Assembly: GCA_934180065.1 (NCBI GenBank)
Contig: CAKPRA010000001.1
Span: forward strand, 12,669-76,668
DNA from: an uncultured Clostridia bacterium
GTDB taxonomy: Bacteria > Bacillota > Clostridia > TANB77 > CAG-508
Reading direction: 5' to 3'
DNA length: 64,000 nt
Shown: piece after piece, positions 1-9,760 of the stretch
Position numbering within the stretch: the first letter of the stretch is position 1
Layout of the letters: every line of letters begins with the position of its first letter
Notes under the pieces: generated by a model
Told to the model about the DNA's origin: nothing
The model's database searches: none
The model's input: only the letters and a program-made list of their open reading frames with translations
Translations under genes and position numbers: made by a program

Positions 1-2103
1 GATGATGTATCAAAATATGATTCTATTGAAAATTATTTTGACAATTTATATACAAATATTGATTTAGAAAATACTATTTTTAAATCTATTCTAGATGAGA
101 ATACTGTAGCTGACGAGGCTTCGCCTGCTCTTGCCAGTTTACGCAGAAAAAAAAGAAATTTAGAGGCTTCTATAAAAGATAATTTAAGCAAACTTATCCA
201 TTCATCAACATATTCAAAATATATAATGGATCCTATAGTTACAATTAGAAATGATAGATATGTTATTCCTGTTAAAGTTGAATATAAAGATAATATAAAA
301 GGCTTTGTTCATGATATATCATATAGCGGATCTACTGTATTTATAGAGCCTATTTCAATTTTTGAGTTAAATAATCAAGTACACAATCTACAGCTAGAAG
401 AAAATGTTGAAATTGAAAGAATTTTAAAAAATTTATCTGATTCTATAGTTCCAATTGTAAACAATATTGAAATTTCACTAGATTCTATTGCAAATTTGGA
501 TTTGATCTTTGCAAAAGCTAAGTTTTCTAATAAATTTAACTGTGTAGAGCCCATTATAAATGAAGAAAAATTTATTGATTTTAAAGAAGCTCGTCATCCA
601 CTTATTGATGAAAAAATCGTTGTTCCTATTGATATTGAAATTGGAAATAAGTATACATCTTTAATTATTACAGGACCAAATACTGGCGGAAAAACTGTTA
701 CTTTAAAAACTGTTGGATTATTGTGTTTAATGGCTTATTTAGGACTACATATTCCTGCCAAAGATGGTAGTAGTTTATATGTTTTTGATAATATATTTGC
801 AGATATTGGTGATGAACAAAGCATTCAAGAATCTTTAAGTACATTTTCTTCACATATGCTAAATATCATCGAAATTTATAAACAAGCAACATCAAAAAGT
901 CTTATATTAGTAGACGAATTAGGCTCTGGAACCGATCCTATTCAAGGTGCTAACTTGGCAATTAGTATATTAGAATATTTTAATAAACTGGGAGCTTTAT
1001 CACTTGCCACAACACATTATCAAGAAATAAAAAATTATGCACTTGTTACAGATGGATTTGAAAATGCAAGCTCTGAATTTGATATTGTGAATTTAAAACC
1101 AACATATAAATTGCTTGTTGGTGTTCCTGGAAAAAGCAATGCTTTTGCAATAACTAAACGACTTGGAATGCCAGATTCTATATTAACAAGAGCTGAGGAG
1201 CTTATGAATGACGAACATATTAGTGTTGAAGAGCTTATTAAAAATATCTATGATGATAAGGTAGAAATTGAAAAAGAAAAAGATAAAATAAAACAAAACT
1301 CTAATCAAATAGAGCTTTTAAGAAAAAGCTTTGACACAAAAAATTCACAATTATCAACAAAAGAAAATGACATTATTGAAAAAGCTAAAATACAAGCCCG
1401 TGAAATTCTGCTAAATGCAAAAAAAGAAGCTAATTCTATTATATCAAGTTTAAATGAACTTTATAATAAAGCAGATGCTCACGCCTTAAAACAAGCTAAT
1501 TCTATAAGAAATAAGCTTAATGAAGATATAAAAAATACAAGTTCACCTTCAAATACAGACAATAATCTTGAGAATTCAAGTAAATTGGAAAACATAAATA
1601 TTGGTATGACTGTATTTGTAAAAACATTAAATCAAAATGGAACTATTCTTACTTTACCAAATAAGTCAAATGAAGTCCAAGTTCAAATTGGAAGTATGAA
1701 AATGAATATAAAAACAGATAAGTTAGTGGCTGTAAAAAATAATACACAAAAACCTAAAAAATCTAATACAGATAAGAGCTTTAACAACAAAAGTTTTAAT
1801 AATAGATTAAAAAGTAAAACTGCTGTTACAGAAATTAATGTAATTGGAGAAACAGTTGAAGAAGCAATATTTGTTATTGACAAATTTTTAGATGATTCTG
1901 TACTAGCAAATTTAGAAAGCGTAAGAATCGTTCATGGAAAAGGAACAGGTAAATTACGCCAAGGAATTCACAAGTTTTTAAAAACAAATGCACATGTAGA
2001 ATCATTTAGACTAGGCACCTTCGGAGAAGGCGAAGCTGGCGTAACTGTTGTTAAATTGAAAGGTACGGAAACGGGAACGGGAAAAAGGGACGGTTCTCTT
2101 TGA
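1..2103 (+). CDS. mutS2: Endonuclease MutS2 (5' end outside the window)
   Basis: Frame 1 is open from nt 1. Walker A GPNTGGKTVTLKTVG is present, with a C-terminal Smr domain (VRIVHGKGTGKLRQGIHKFL). The last 13 aa (GTETGTGKRDGSL) are encoded by a G-rich repeat unit. Confidence 0.9.
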   Translation, partial: DDVSKYDSIENYFDNLYTNIDLENTIFKSILDENTVADEASPALASLRRKKRNLEASIKDNLSKLIHSSTYSKYIMDPIVTIRNDRYVIPVKVEYKDNIKGFVHDISYSGSTVFIEPISIFELNNQVHNLQLEENVEIERILKNLSDSIVPIVNNIEISLDSIANLDLIFAKAKFSNKFNCVEPIINEEKFIDFKEARHPLIDEKIVVPIDIEIGNKYTSLIITGPNTGGKTVTLKTVGLLCLMAYLGLHIPAKDGSSLYVFDNIFADIGDEQSIQESLSTFSSHMLNIIEIYKQATSKSLILVDELGSGTDPIQGANLAISILEYFNKLGALSLATTHYQEIKNYALVTDGFENASSEFDIVNLKPTYKLLVGVPGKSNAFAITKRLGMPDSILTRAEELMNDEHISVEELIKNIYDDKVEIEKEKDKIKQNSNQIELLRKSFDTKNSQLSTKENDIIEKAKIQAREILLNAKKEANSIISSLNELYNKADAHALKQANSIRNKLNEDIKNTSSPSNTDNNLENSSKLENINIGMTVFVKTLNQNGTILTLPNKSNEVQVQIGSMKMNIKTDKLVAVKNNTQKPKKSNTDKSFNNKSFNNRLKSKTAVTEINVIGETVEEAIFVIDKFLDDSVLANLESVRIVHGKGTGKLRQGIHKFLKTNAHVESFRLGTFGEGEAGVTVVKLKGTETGTGKRDGSL

Positions 2104-2112
2104 CACATATGG
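2079..2112 (+). repeat. GC-rich REP-like unit R1, left inverted repeat of a 467-bp segment
   Basis: gggaaaaagggacggttctctttgacacatatgg is the reverse complement of 2510-2545 apart from a 2-nt indel. The same unit type occurs at 59046-59093, 59130-59177 and 45626-45670. Confidence 0.75.
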
Positions 2113-2162
2113 AAACAGGGACACATTTTATTTTAGACTGCGTGTCCCTGTTTCTATTTTTG
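2112..2162 (+). terminator. Intrinsic terminator after mutS2
   Basis: 13-bp stem gaaacagggacac / gtgtccctgtttc (2112-2124 / 2142-2154) followed by a T-rich tract. Confidence 0.6.
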
Positions 2163-2225
2163 CTAACCTTCCATTTTTTTCTTTTAGTAGCTTAATTTAT
2201 ATAAGACTCGCTTATCTAACTATAG

Positions 2226-2299
2226 ATGTCAATATCAAAACTTAAAAAAATATTATAAGTTTTTAACTTTAACATTTTTTTAAGTTTTGATATTGACAT
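2226..2299. repeat. Perfect 25-bp inverted repeat with a 24-nt loop
   Basis: atgtcaatatcaaaacttaaaaaaa (2226-2250) is the exact reverse complement of 2275-2299. Confidence 0.8.
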
Positions 2300-2509
2300 T
2301 TACATCTAACGAAACATCTTCTTGCTCTGCTTCAACAGACAATTTATAACATCACCAAACTGCCTTTAATGAAATTTTCAAATTTATAAATATAAATATA
2401 AAATATTCGAACCTTTTTATTTCTAAAGCTTCTGTGTGATGTTTCTTTATTTTTTTCATATGAGTATCCATTATATTCTAACGCTTTTGACAGTTCATCA
2501 AACCTTTGT

Positions 2510-2545
2510 CCATATATGTGTCAAAGAGAACCGTCCCTTTTTCCC
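2510..2545 (-). repeat. GC-rich REP-like unit R2, right inverted repeat
   Basis: ccatatatgtgtcaaagagaaccgtccctttttccc is the reverse complement of R1. Confidence 0.75.
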
Positions 2546-2565
2546 TCGCTTCTCTCTTTCTCACA

Positions 2566-2606
2566 AAAAAAATAGTAGGAGAATAAATTTCCCTACTATT
2601 TTTTTG
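2566..2606 (-). terminator. Terminator after tuf (bidirectional shape)
   Basis: Stem atagtagg / cctactat (2572-2579 / 2592-2599) is flanked by an A-run and a T-run. Confidence 0.6.
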
Positions 2607-2622
2607 TATATAAAATTATTTA

Positions 2623-3825
2623 TTATTCAATAACTTCAGCTACAACTCCTGAACCTACTGTTCTACCACCTTCACGGATAGCGAATCTTAATCCTTTTTC
2701 GATAGCGATTGGTGTGATTAATTCGATTGTCATATCAACGTTATCACCTGGCATACACATTTCTACACCTTGTGGTAATTCAATAACACCTGTAACGTCT
2801 GTTGTTCTGAAATAGAATTGTGGTCTGTAGTTTGTGAAGAATGGTGTATGTCTTCCACCTTCTTCTTTAGTTAATACGTATACTTGTGCTGTGAATTTTG
2901 TATGTGGATGTATTGTTCCTGGTTTAGCTAAAACTTGTCCTCTTTCAACTTCTTCTCTTTGAACACCTCTTAAAAGAACACCGATATTATCTCCAGCTTC
3001 TGCTTGATCTAATAATTTTCTGAACATTTCAACACCAGTAACAACTGTTTTCTTAGATTCTTTTGATAATCCAACGATTTCAATTTCATCTTGTAATTTA
3101 ACTGTTCCTCTTTCAACTCTACCTGTAACAACTGTTCCTCTACCTGTGATTGTGAATACGTCTTCAATAGGCATTAAGAATGGTTGGTCTACTGGTCTTT
3201 CTGGTGTTGGGATATAGCTATCAACTGCATCCATTAATTCTTTCATTGGAAGATATACAGGATCGTTAGGATCTGTAGATGTGCTCTCTAATACTTTTAA
3301 TGAAGATCCTTTTATAATTGGAATCTCGTCACCTGGGAAATCATAGCTTGATAATAAGTCTCTAACTTCCATTTCAACTAATTCTAATAATTCTGGATCA
3401 TCAACCATATCACATTTATTTAAATATACAACTATATATTTAACACCAACTTGTCTAGCAAGTAAGATATGCTCTCTTGTTTGAGGCATTGGTCCATCAG
3501 CTGCAGAAACAACTAATATAGCACCATCCATTTGAGCAGCACCTGTAATCATGTTTTTAACATAGTCAGCGTGTCCTGGACAGTCAACATGAGCGTAATG
3601 TCTGTTAGCTGTTTCATACTCAACGTGAGCTGTGTTAATTGTGATTCCTCTTGCTTGCTCTTCTGGAGCACCATCGATTTGATCATATGCTTCAAATTTA
3701 GCTTGTCCTAATAAACTTAAATATTTTGTAATAGCTGCTGTTGTTGTTGTTTTACCATGGTCAACGTGTCCGATTGTACCAATGTTAACGTGTGGTTTTG
3801 TTCTTTCAAATTTCTCCTTAGCCAT
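2623..3825 (-). CDS. tuf: Elongation factor Tu
   Basis: [17 protein letters not shown] and NKCD GTPase motifs. Full-length EF-Tu-like sequence of 400 aa. Confidence 0.98.
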   Translation of the reverse strand: MAKEKFERTKPHVNIGTIGHVDHGKTTTTAAITKYLSLLGQAKFEAYDQIDGAPEEQARGITINTAHVEYETANRHYAHVDCPGHADYVKNMITGAAQMDGAILVVSAADGPMPQTREHILLARQVGVKYIVVYLNKCDMVDDPELLELVEMEVRDLLSSYDFPGDEIPIIKGSSLKVLESTSTDPNDPVYLPMKELMDAVDSYIPTPERPVDQPFLMPIEDVFTITGRGTVVTGRVERGTVKLQDEIEIVGLSKESKKTVVTGVEMFRKLLDQAEAGDNIGVLLRGVQREEVERGQVLAKPGTIHPHTKFTAQVYVLTKEEGGRHTPFFTNYRPQFYFRTTDVTGVIELPQGVEMCMPGDNVDMTIELITPIAIEKGLRFAIREGGRTVGSGVVAEVIE

Positions 3826-4044
3826 TTTAAAATTCCTCCTTTAAATTTGTACGATTATTCGTACTTATATTTATATTTAAAAATTAATAACAAATTTTTC
3901 ATCGATATTTTATAATATTTCTATGAAAAATGCAAGTATTTTTATAGATTATTTATTCAAGTCTAAGAAATAAGAGCTTTTATCTTATTTCTTGAAACTT
4001 AAATTAATAAAATCTATTTGCTTTAAATATTAAAATATTTAATA

Positions 4045-6126
4045 CTAGTCTTTTTTAGCTCTACTAGAAACTATAGCATCTAGTACAGATTTTGGAACTT
4101 CTTCATAATGAGAAGGTTCCATTGAATATGTTCCTCTTCCCTGTGTTTTTGAACGCAAGTCTGTTGCATAACCAAACATTTCTGATAATGGGATAAATCC
4201 TCTTATTTCTTGGTTACCAGATTTAGCTTCCATTCCTTCCATTTTTCCACGTCTAGCATTAATGTCACCAATAACATCTCCCATATATTCTTCTGGAACT
4301 GTTACTTCAACTCTCATGATTGGCTCTAATATAACAGATTTAGCTTGTTTACAAGCTTCTTTAAATGCCATAGATGCTGCAATCTTGAATGCCATTTCTG
4401 AAGAGTCAACTTCATGGTATGATCCATCAACTAAAGTAGCTTTGAAATCGATAACTGGATATCCAGCTAAGATACCGCTTTCAGCAGCTTCTCTGATTCC
4501 TTCTTCAACTGGTTTGATGTATTCTTTTGGAACTGCTCCACCAACGATTTGGCTTTCAAATTTAATTCCGCTTCCTGGCTCTAATGGTTCCATTTCAAAC
4601 CATACATCACCATATTGACCATGTCCACCTGATTGACGAACGAATTTACCTTGAACTTTAACCTTATTTCTAATTGTTTCTTTGTAAGAAACTTGTGGTT
4701 TACCAACATTACATTCAACTTTGAATTCTCTCTTTAATCTATCAACAATGATATCTAAGTGTAATTCACCCATACCAGCAATGATAGTTTGTCCTGTTTC
4801 TTGATCTGTATGTGTTTTGAATGTAGGATCTTCTTCAGCTAATTTTGCTAAAGCAATTCCTAATTTTTCACTATTTGCTTTATCCTTTGGTTCAATAGCA
4901 ATATCAATAACAGGCTCTGGGAATTCCATAGACTCTAATATTACTGGTGCTGCTGGATCACATAATGTATCACCTGTTGAAACATCTTTTAATCCAACTG
5001 CTGCAGCTATATCTCCAGCATAAACTTTATTTAAGTCTTCTCTGTGGTTAGCATGCATTAATAATAATCTTCCGATTCTATCTTTTTTACCTTTATTAGC
5101 ATTTAATACAGATGATCCAGAATCTAATGTTCCAGAATATACTCTTATAAAGCATAATTTTCCAACAAATGGATCTGTTGCAATTTTGAAAGCAAGTGCT
5201 GCAAATGGTTCGCTATCACTTGGTTTTCTATCTGTTTCATTTCCATCTAAGTCTACACCTTTAATTGCAGGTATATCAACTGGTGATGGTAAATAATCAA
5301 CAACTGCATTTAATAATTCTTGTACACCTTTATTTTTGTATGAAGAACCACATGTCATTGGAACTACAGTATTAGCTATTGTTCCTTTTCTTAAACCTTT
5401 TTTGATTTCTTCCTCTGTTAATTCTTCACCATCTAGGTATTTCATCATTAATTCGTCATCTTGCTCTGCAGCAGATTCGATCATTTTTGATCTATATTCA
5501 TTAGCTTTTTCAACTAAATCTGCAGGTATATCTGTTTCTTCAATTTCTACACCTTTATCATCTTTATGAATAAAAGCTCTCATTTTTATTAAATCAACAA
5601 TTCCTTGGAAATTGTCTTCACTACCTATTGGTAATTGAATTGGAACTGGATTTGCACCTAATCTATCTTTAACTTGGTCTATACAAGCATAGAAATCTGC
5701 ACCTGTTATATCCATTTTGTTAACATAGATCATTCTTGGAACTTGATATTTGTCAGCTTGTCTCCAAACTGTTTCTGATTGTGGTTGAACTCCACCTTTT
5801 GCAGCTAATACTAAAACTGAACCATCTAAAACTTTTAATGATCTTTCAACCTCAACTGTAAAGTCAACGTGTCCTGGTGTGTCTATAATGTTAATTCTAT
5901 GACCTAACCAATGACATGTTGTAGCAGCAGAAGTAATTGTTATACCTCTTTCTTGCTCTTGAACCATCCAGTCCATTGTTGCTGCTCCATCATGAACTTC
6001 TCCTATTTTATGTGTTTTACCTGTATAGAATAGAATTCTTTCTGTAGTAGTAGTTTTACCAGCATCAATATGAGCCATTATTCCTATATTTCTTGTTTTC
6101 TCTAAAGGAAATTCTCTTCCAGCCAT
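4045..6126 (-). CDS. fusA: Elongation factor G
   Basis: [23 protein letters not shown] and NKMD motifs. 693 aa, sitting in rpsG-fusA-tuf synteny. Confidence 0.97.
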   Translation of the reverse strand: MAGREFPLEKTRNIGIMAHIDAGKTTTTERILFYTGKTHKIGEVHDGAATMDWMVQEQERGITITSAATTCHWLGHRINIIDTPGHVDFTVEVERSLKVLDGSVLVLAAKGGVQPQSETVWRQADKYQVPRMIYVNKMDITGADFYACIDQVKDRLGANPVPIQLPIGSEDNFQGIVDLIKMRAFIHKDDKGVEIEETDIPADLVEKANEYRSKMIESAAEQDDELMMKYLDGEELTEEEIKKGLRKGTIANTVVPMTCGSSYKNKGVQELLNAVVDYLPSPVDIPAIKGVDLDGNETDRKPSDSEPFAALAFKIATDPFVGKLCFIRVYSGTLDSGSSVLNANKGKKDRIGRLLLMHANHREDLNKVYAGDIAAAVGLKDVSTGDTLCDPAAPVILESMEFPEPVIDIAIEPKDKANSEKLGIALAKLAEEDPTFKTHTDQETGQTIIAGMGELHLDIIVDRLKREFKVECNVGKPQVSYKETIRNKVKVQGKFVRQSGGHGQYGDVWFEMEPLEPGSGIKFESQIVGGAVPKEYIKPVEEGIREAAESGILAGYPVIDFKATLVDGSYHEVDSSEMAFKIAASMAFKEACKQAKSVILEPIMRVEVTVPEEYMGDVIGDINARRGKMEGMEAKSGNQEIRGFIPLSEMFGYATDLRSKTQGRGTYSMEPSHYEEVPKSVLDAIVSSRAKKD

Positions 6127-6280
6127 ATTTACCTCCTTATTTTCATATTTTTTATTATTTATACATGTATGAGATTGACATAATGTAAATATTCCTATAT
6201 ATGTAAAAATATAGGAACATTATTTCCTATAATTTTTACAATATACTAATTCAGTTAATTTACTTAATATGTCAAAAATT

Positions 6281-6751
6281 TTACCATTTATAATGAGCAA
6301 AAGCTTTATTAGCTTCAGCCATTCTATGCATATCTTCTTTCTTCTTGAATGCTCCACCATTTCCAGCTACTGCATCCATTATTTCACCAGCTAATTTTTC
6401 AGACATAGTTTTTTCATGTCTATTTCTAGCATAAACAACTAACCATCTTAATCCTAATGTTTGTCTTCTTTCTGGTCTGATTTCGATTGGCACTTGGTAT
6501 GTAGCACCACCAATTCTTCTAGCTTTAACTTCTAGAACTGGCATTACATTATTTAGTGCATCTTCAAAAACTTCTAATGGATTTTTGTTTTCTTTTTCTT
6601 TTATGATATCAAATGCATCATAAACTATTTTTTGAGCAACTGTTTTCTTTCCATCTAACATAACATTGTTGATTAATTTTGTAACAACTTTGCTATTATA
6701 CATTGGATCTGGTAAAACTTCTCTTTTTGCTATATATCCTTTTCTTGGCAC
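6281..6751 (-). CDS. rpsG: 30S ribosomal protein S7
   Basis: 156 aa with typical S7 sequence ([20 protein letters not shown]), in str operon position. Confidence 0.95.
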   Translation of the reverse strand: MPRKGYIAKREVLPDPMYNSKVVTKLINNVMLDGKKTVAQKIVYDAFDIIKEKENKNPLEVFEDALNNVMPVLEVKARRIGGATYQVPIEIRPERRQTLGLRWLVVYARNRHEKTMSEKLAGEIMDAVAGNGGAFKKKEDMHRMAEANKAFAHYKW

Positions 6752-6939
6752 TTTTCTTCCCTCCTTATAATATTTGATACTAATATTAACCTAGTATCTT
6801 AGGTACTCTAAAAAGTTTAATACTAAATCTTCTTCTTAAACCTTTTCGTTAAGTGCTATATAATCTATATCTAATTTAAGTAACAAAACTTTAATCTTAG
6901 TAAGTTATACGCACTTGCATTTTAATCTAAATACTAATC

Positions 6940-7353
6940 CTATTTCTTAGGTTTCTTTGCTCCGTATTTAGATCTAGCTTGCATTCTGTCTTTAACTCCT
7001 GCAGTATCTAATGTTCCTCTGATTATGTGGTATCTAACACCTGGAAGGTCTTTTACTCTTCCTCCTCTTATTAAAACAACACTATGCTCTTGTAAGTTAT
7101 GTCCAATACCTGGAATATAAGATGTTACTTCATATCCATTTGATAATCTAACCCTAGCAACTTTTCTTAAAGCTGAGTTTGGTTTTTTAGGTGTTACTGT
7201 TTTTACAACTGTACATACACCTCTTTTTTGTGGTGCACGTCTGTCAGTCATCTTTTTCTTCATAGAATTGTATCCATGTTGCAAAGCTGGAGCTGTAGAT
7301 TTTGTTACACCTGTTTTTCTTCCTTTTCTTACTAATTGATTAATTGTTGGCAC
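6940..7353 (-). CDS. rpsL: 30S ribosomal protein S12
   Basis: [12 protein letters not shown]... and [16 protein letters not shown]. An AGGAGGTGA Shine-Dalgarno (SD) sequence lies upstream. Confidence 0.96.
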   Translation of the reverse strand: MPTINQLVRKGRKTGVTKSTAPALQHGYNSMKKKMTDRRAPQKRGVCTVVKTVTPKKPNSALRKVARVRLSNGYEVTSYIPGIGHNLQEHSVVLIRGGRVKDLPGVRYHIIRGTLDTAGVKDRMQARSKYGAKKPKK

Positions 7354-7374
7354 TTAAATTTCACCTCCTAAAAT

Positions 7375-7432
7375 AATTATAACCGTTAGTATTTTTTTCT
7401 ATATTTAACTTTATATACTAACGGTTATAATT
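7375..7432 (-). promoter_or_regulatory. 18-bp perfect hairpin in the rpsL 5' leader
   Basis: aattataaccgttagtat (7375-7392) is the reverse complement of 7415-7432, with a 22-nt loop. It lies just upstream of the rpsL SD. Confidence 0.3.
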
Positions 7433-7556
7433 ATATCATCGAAAGATTGATAAGTCAATATTCAAGTTGTGTTAAATTATGAAAATTCTATTGCATTTTA
7501 TATAAACATGCTGTATGCTATTTATATATAAAATCATTAAAGGAGTGAATATTTTT

Positions 7557-8228
7557 ATGTTGAAAATTACAAATGCATTTTCAACTCCTAACGGAATTGT
7601 TATTTATTCTGCAAAAAATCCACAAATTGCCTTATATACTTACAGAGATTCTTGTGGAAATATCATTTCAAAAAAAATATCACAATCCGAAATATTAGAA
7701 ATAGGTTCTTTACCTATTTCGAAGAACAAATTAACAATCATTATGCTTTTACTATGCGCTATTTCACTTTTAATTTCATTATATTTTTCTCATATATTAT
7801 GTGGAATTTATTTTTCATGTGCAATTTCATTGCACTTAACAAATTTTTTAATATTTCTTTTTTCTAAAAGTTTGAAACGCGTTCATGCTACAGAGCATAT
7901 GATTATTAATTGTTACAATAAGGGGTTACGGTTAAGTAAAAGAAATATAAGAAAATGCTCCCGTCTGCATAAATACTGTGGTTTTCAAACACTTTTCTAT
8001 AAACTGGTTTGCAGATCAATTGTTTTGGTAATCTTTTGGATTTATAACTTAAAATGCGGAGTAATATCAATTATAATTTTCTTTGCTCTTGAAAATTTTT
8101 TAAAACTTTTCAATTATTGCCCATTTTTTCTTTTGCCCCAATTGTTAGTAACAAGCAAGCCTTCAGATTATGAATTAGAATTAGGACTTGTTGCTATCAA
8201 AAATTATTCATTTATGGAAAAAGAATAA
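7557..8228 (+). CDS. Polytopic membrane protein, possibly DUF1385-like
   Basis: Start moved to the ATG at 7557, which has an AAAGGAG SD. Hydrophobic segments are present. HATEHMIINCY...SRLHKYCGF resembles the DUF1385 HGAEHK...SRxHxRCGT motif. Confidence 0.35.
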   Translation: MLKITNAFSTPNGIVIYSAKNPQIALYTYRDSCGNIISKKISQSEILEIGSLPISKNKLTIIMLLLCAISLLISLYFSHILCGIYFSCAISLHLTNFLIFLFSKSLKRVHATEHMIINCYNKGLRLSKRNIRKCSRLHKYCGFQTLFYKLVCRSIVLVIFWIYNLKCGVISIIIFFALENFLKLFNYCPFFLLPQLLVTSKPSDYELELGLVAIKNYSFMEKE

Positions 8229-8236
8229 CTTGTTAG

Positions 8237-8276
8237 AAAAAAGAGATAAGTTTAATAAAAACTTATCTCTTTTTTT
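8237..8276. terminator. Bidirectional terminator
   Basis: Stem agagataagt / acttatctct is flanked by an A-run and a T-run, between convergent genes. Confidence 0.6.
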
Positions 8277-8281
8277 ATTTA

Positions 8282-9388
8282 TTATCTATTTTCACGTGAT
8301 TTTGATTCTTTGTTCTGAATTTTCTTACCTTTTTCATTAATAGTATCTGTCATATCAACTATTTTTTTCTTCATATCTAATATCTTTTTATTTTTGGCAT
8401 CTCTAACTGTCATAACAGCATTTTTTATTCCACCTTTTATATTACTTCCAAACTCGATAATTTTATTTTTTCCATTTCTTGTAATACTTGCAGCCTTTTG
8501 AAAAGAATCTTTTTGCATCTCTTGTACTTTGCTTACAAAATTATTAACAGTATTTTTTACTGCTTCCAATTTTCCCTTTAATAAATTTCCGTTTTTACGT
8601 TGTTTTTCATGATTTTTTCCTTTAAATAATGATGATATTTTTCCAATTAAAGTCTTTATTTTGCTTGTTTTTTCTATATTTGTTAATGATTTGTTTTTAT
8701 CTAAAGCTAATTCTTCCTTTACTAATTTGAATTCACGCTTAGCTCCTTTTTCATTCTTTCTATTATTCTTTACAAATGTTCGTGCTTCTCGTATGCTCTT
8801 TTTTAGTTCATTAATATTATCCCTAGTTTCAGTATATTGTTGTCCAATATGAGATTTTGCGAAATCTTCTTTAAGTCTTTTCAATTCATTATTGCATTTT
8901 TCAACAGTTTCTGTATCTCCTCTTTTTACCGCATCATTTAATAATCGTTTTTGTGAACTTTCTGCTTTTTTATATAATTTATAAATCTCAGTTGCTTCAA
9001 GATTCTTCTTTTCAGATAATTTTTTGGCCAAGTCACATCTATCATCATTTATTGTTTGTTCTGCTCCTTGTCTTAAATCATTATATTTCTTCATACTTTT
9101 TTTATATTCGTTTGTTGCTACATCTACATATAATTTATACTCAGTTTTAATATCATCTCTATTAGCTTTTTTATCTACATATTCTGTTGAAGCATTATCT
9201 ATATAGCTAGATGCTTTCTCCTTAAGATCTACTGCTGTTTCTTTGGCAGTTTTTGCTACATCACATGCCTTAACAATTCCAAGATTAGCTATTGCCATTG
9301 CTAAATTTTCTAATTGCTTTGTTAATGGCTCTACATACTTTTGCTGATTTATATTTTGATCTTCATTATTTATATTTTTATCTTCCAT
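8282..9388 (-). CDS. K/E-rich coiled-coil protein, unknown function (module 3, large)
   Basis: 368-aa ORF with an AAGGAGG SD, highly charged and of helical character. No motif recognised. Confidence 0.7.
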   Translation of the reverse strand: MEDKNINNEDQNINQQKYVEPLTKQLENLAMAIANLGIVKACDVAKTAKETAVDLKEKASSYIDNASTEYVDKKANRDDIKTEYKLYVDVATNEYKKSMKKYNDLRQGAEQTINDDRCDLAKKLSEKKNLEATEIYKLYKKAESSQKRLLNDAVKRGDTETVEKCNNELKRLKEDFAKSHIGQQYTETRDNINELKKSIREARTFVKNNRKNEKGAKREFKLVKEELALDKNKSLTNIEKTSKIKTLIGKISSLFKGKNHEKQRKNGNLLKGKLEAVKNTVNNFVSKVQEMQKDSFQKAASITRNGKNKIIEFGSNIKGGIKNAVMTVRDAKNKKILDMKKKIVDMTDTINEKGKKIQNKESKSRENR

Positions 9389-9420
9389 GGAAACCTCCTT
9401 ATTAATTTTTTAATAATTAC

Positions 9421-9588
9421 TTACTCATCCACATGTAATATTTTATCAATATTATTACTTAAATTCTCACAATACTCTTCCATTTCTTCTATTAAAGCTT
9501 CTCGTTCTTCTGCGTTTAAACTGTCTAAATCAATTATTCTTCCATTATGCACAATTTTCCCAAACTTTTCTTCTGTTTCTTCATTCAT
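9421..9588 (-). CDS. Small acidic helical protein, 55 aa (module 3, small)
   Basis: Hand translation: MNEETEEKFGKIVHNGRIIDLDSLNAEEREALIEEMEEYCENLSNNIDKILHVDE. An AAGGAGGA SD lies 8 nt upstream of the ATG. It is below the ORF-track cutoff. Confidence 0.55.
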   Translation of the reverse strand: MNEETEEKFGKIVHNGRIIDLDSLNAEEREALIEEMEEYCENLSNNIDKILHVDE

Positions 9589-9760
9589 AAAATTTTCCTC
9601 CTTCGCTTTTTATCATACCATTCATATCAATTGTTTGTAAATACTTAATTTTAATTTATAAAATACACTCTACTATTCTTTTAAAAATAATACAATAGAG
9701 CATTTATTACAAATACATATAATAATTATAATAAAGCTCTAATTTTTACATTTTTATTAT

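Noticed and set aside
2436-2633. A 65-aa ORF between mutS2 and tuf.
   Set aside because: It runs across the REP-like unit and the tuf terminator, has no SD and overlaps the tuf 3' end. It is an artefact of AT-rich intergenic sequence.
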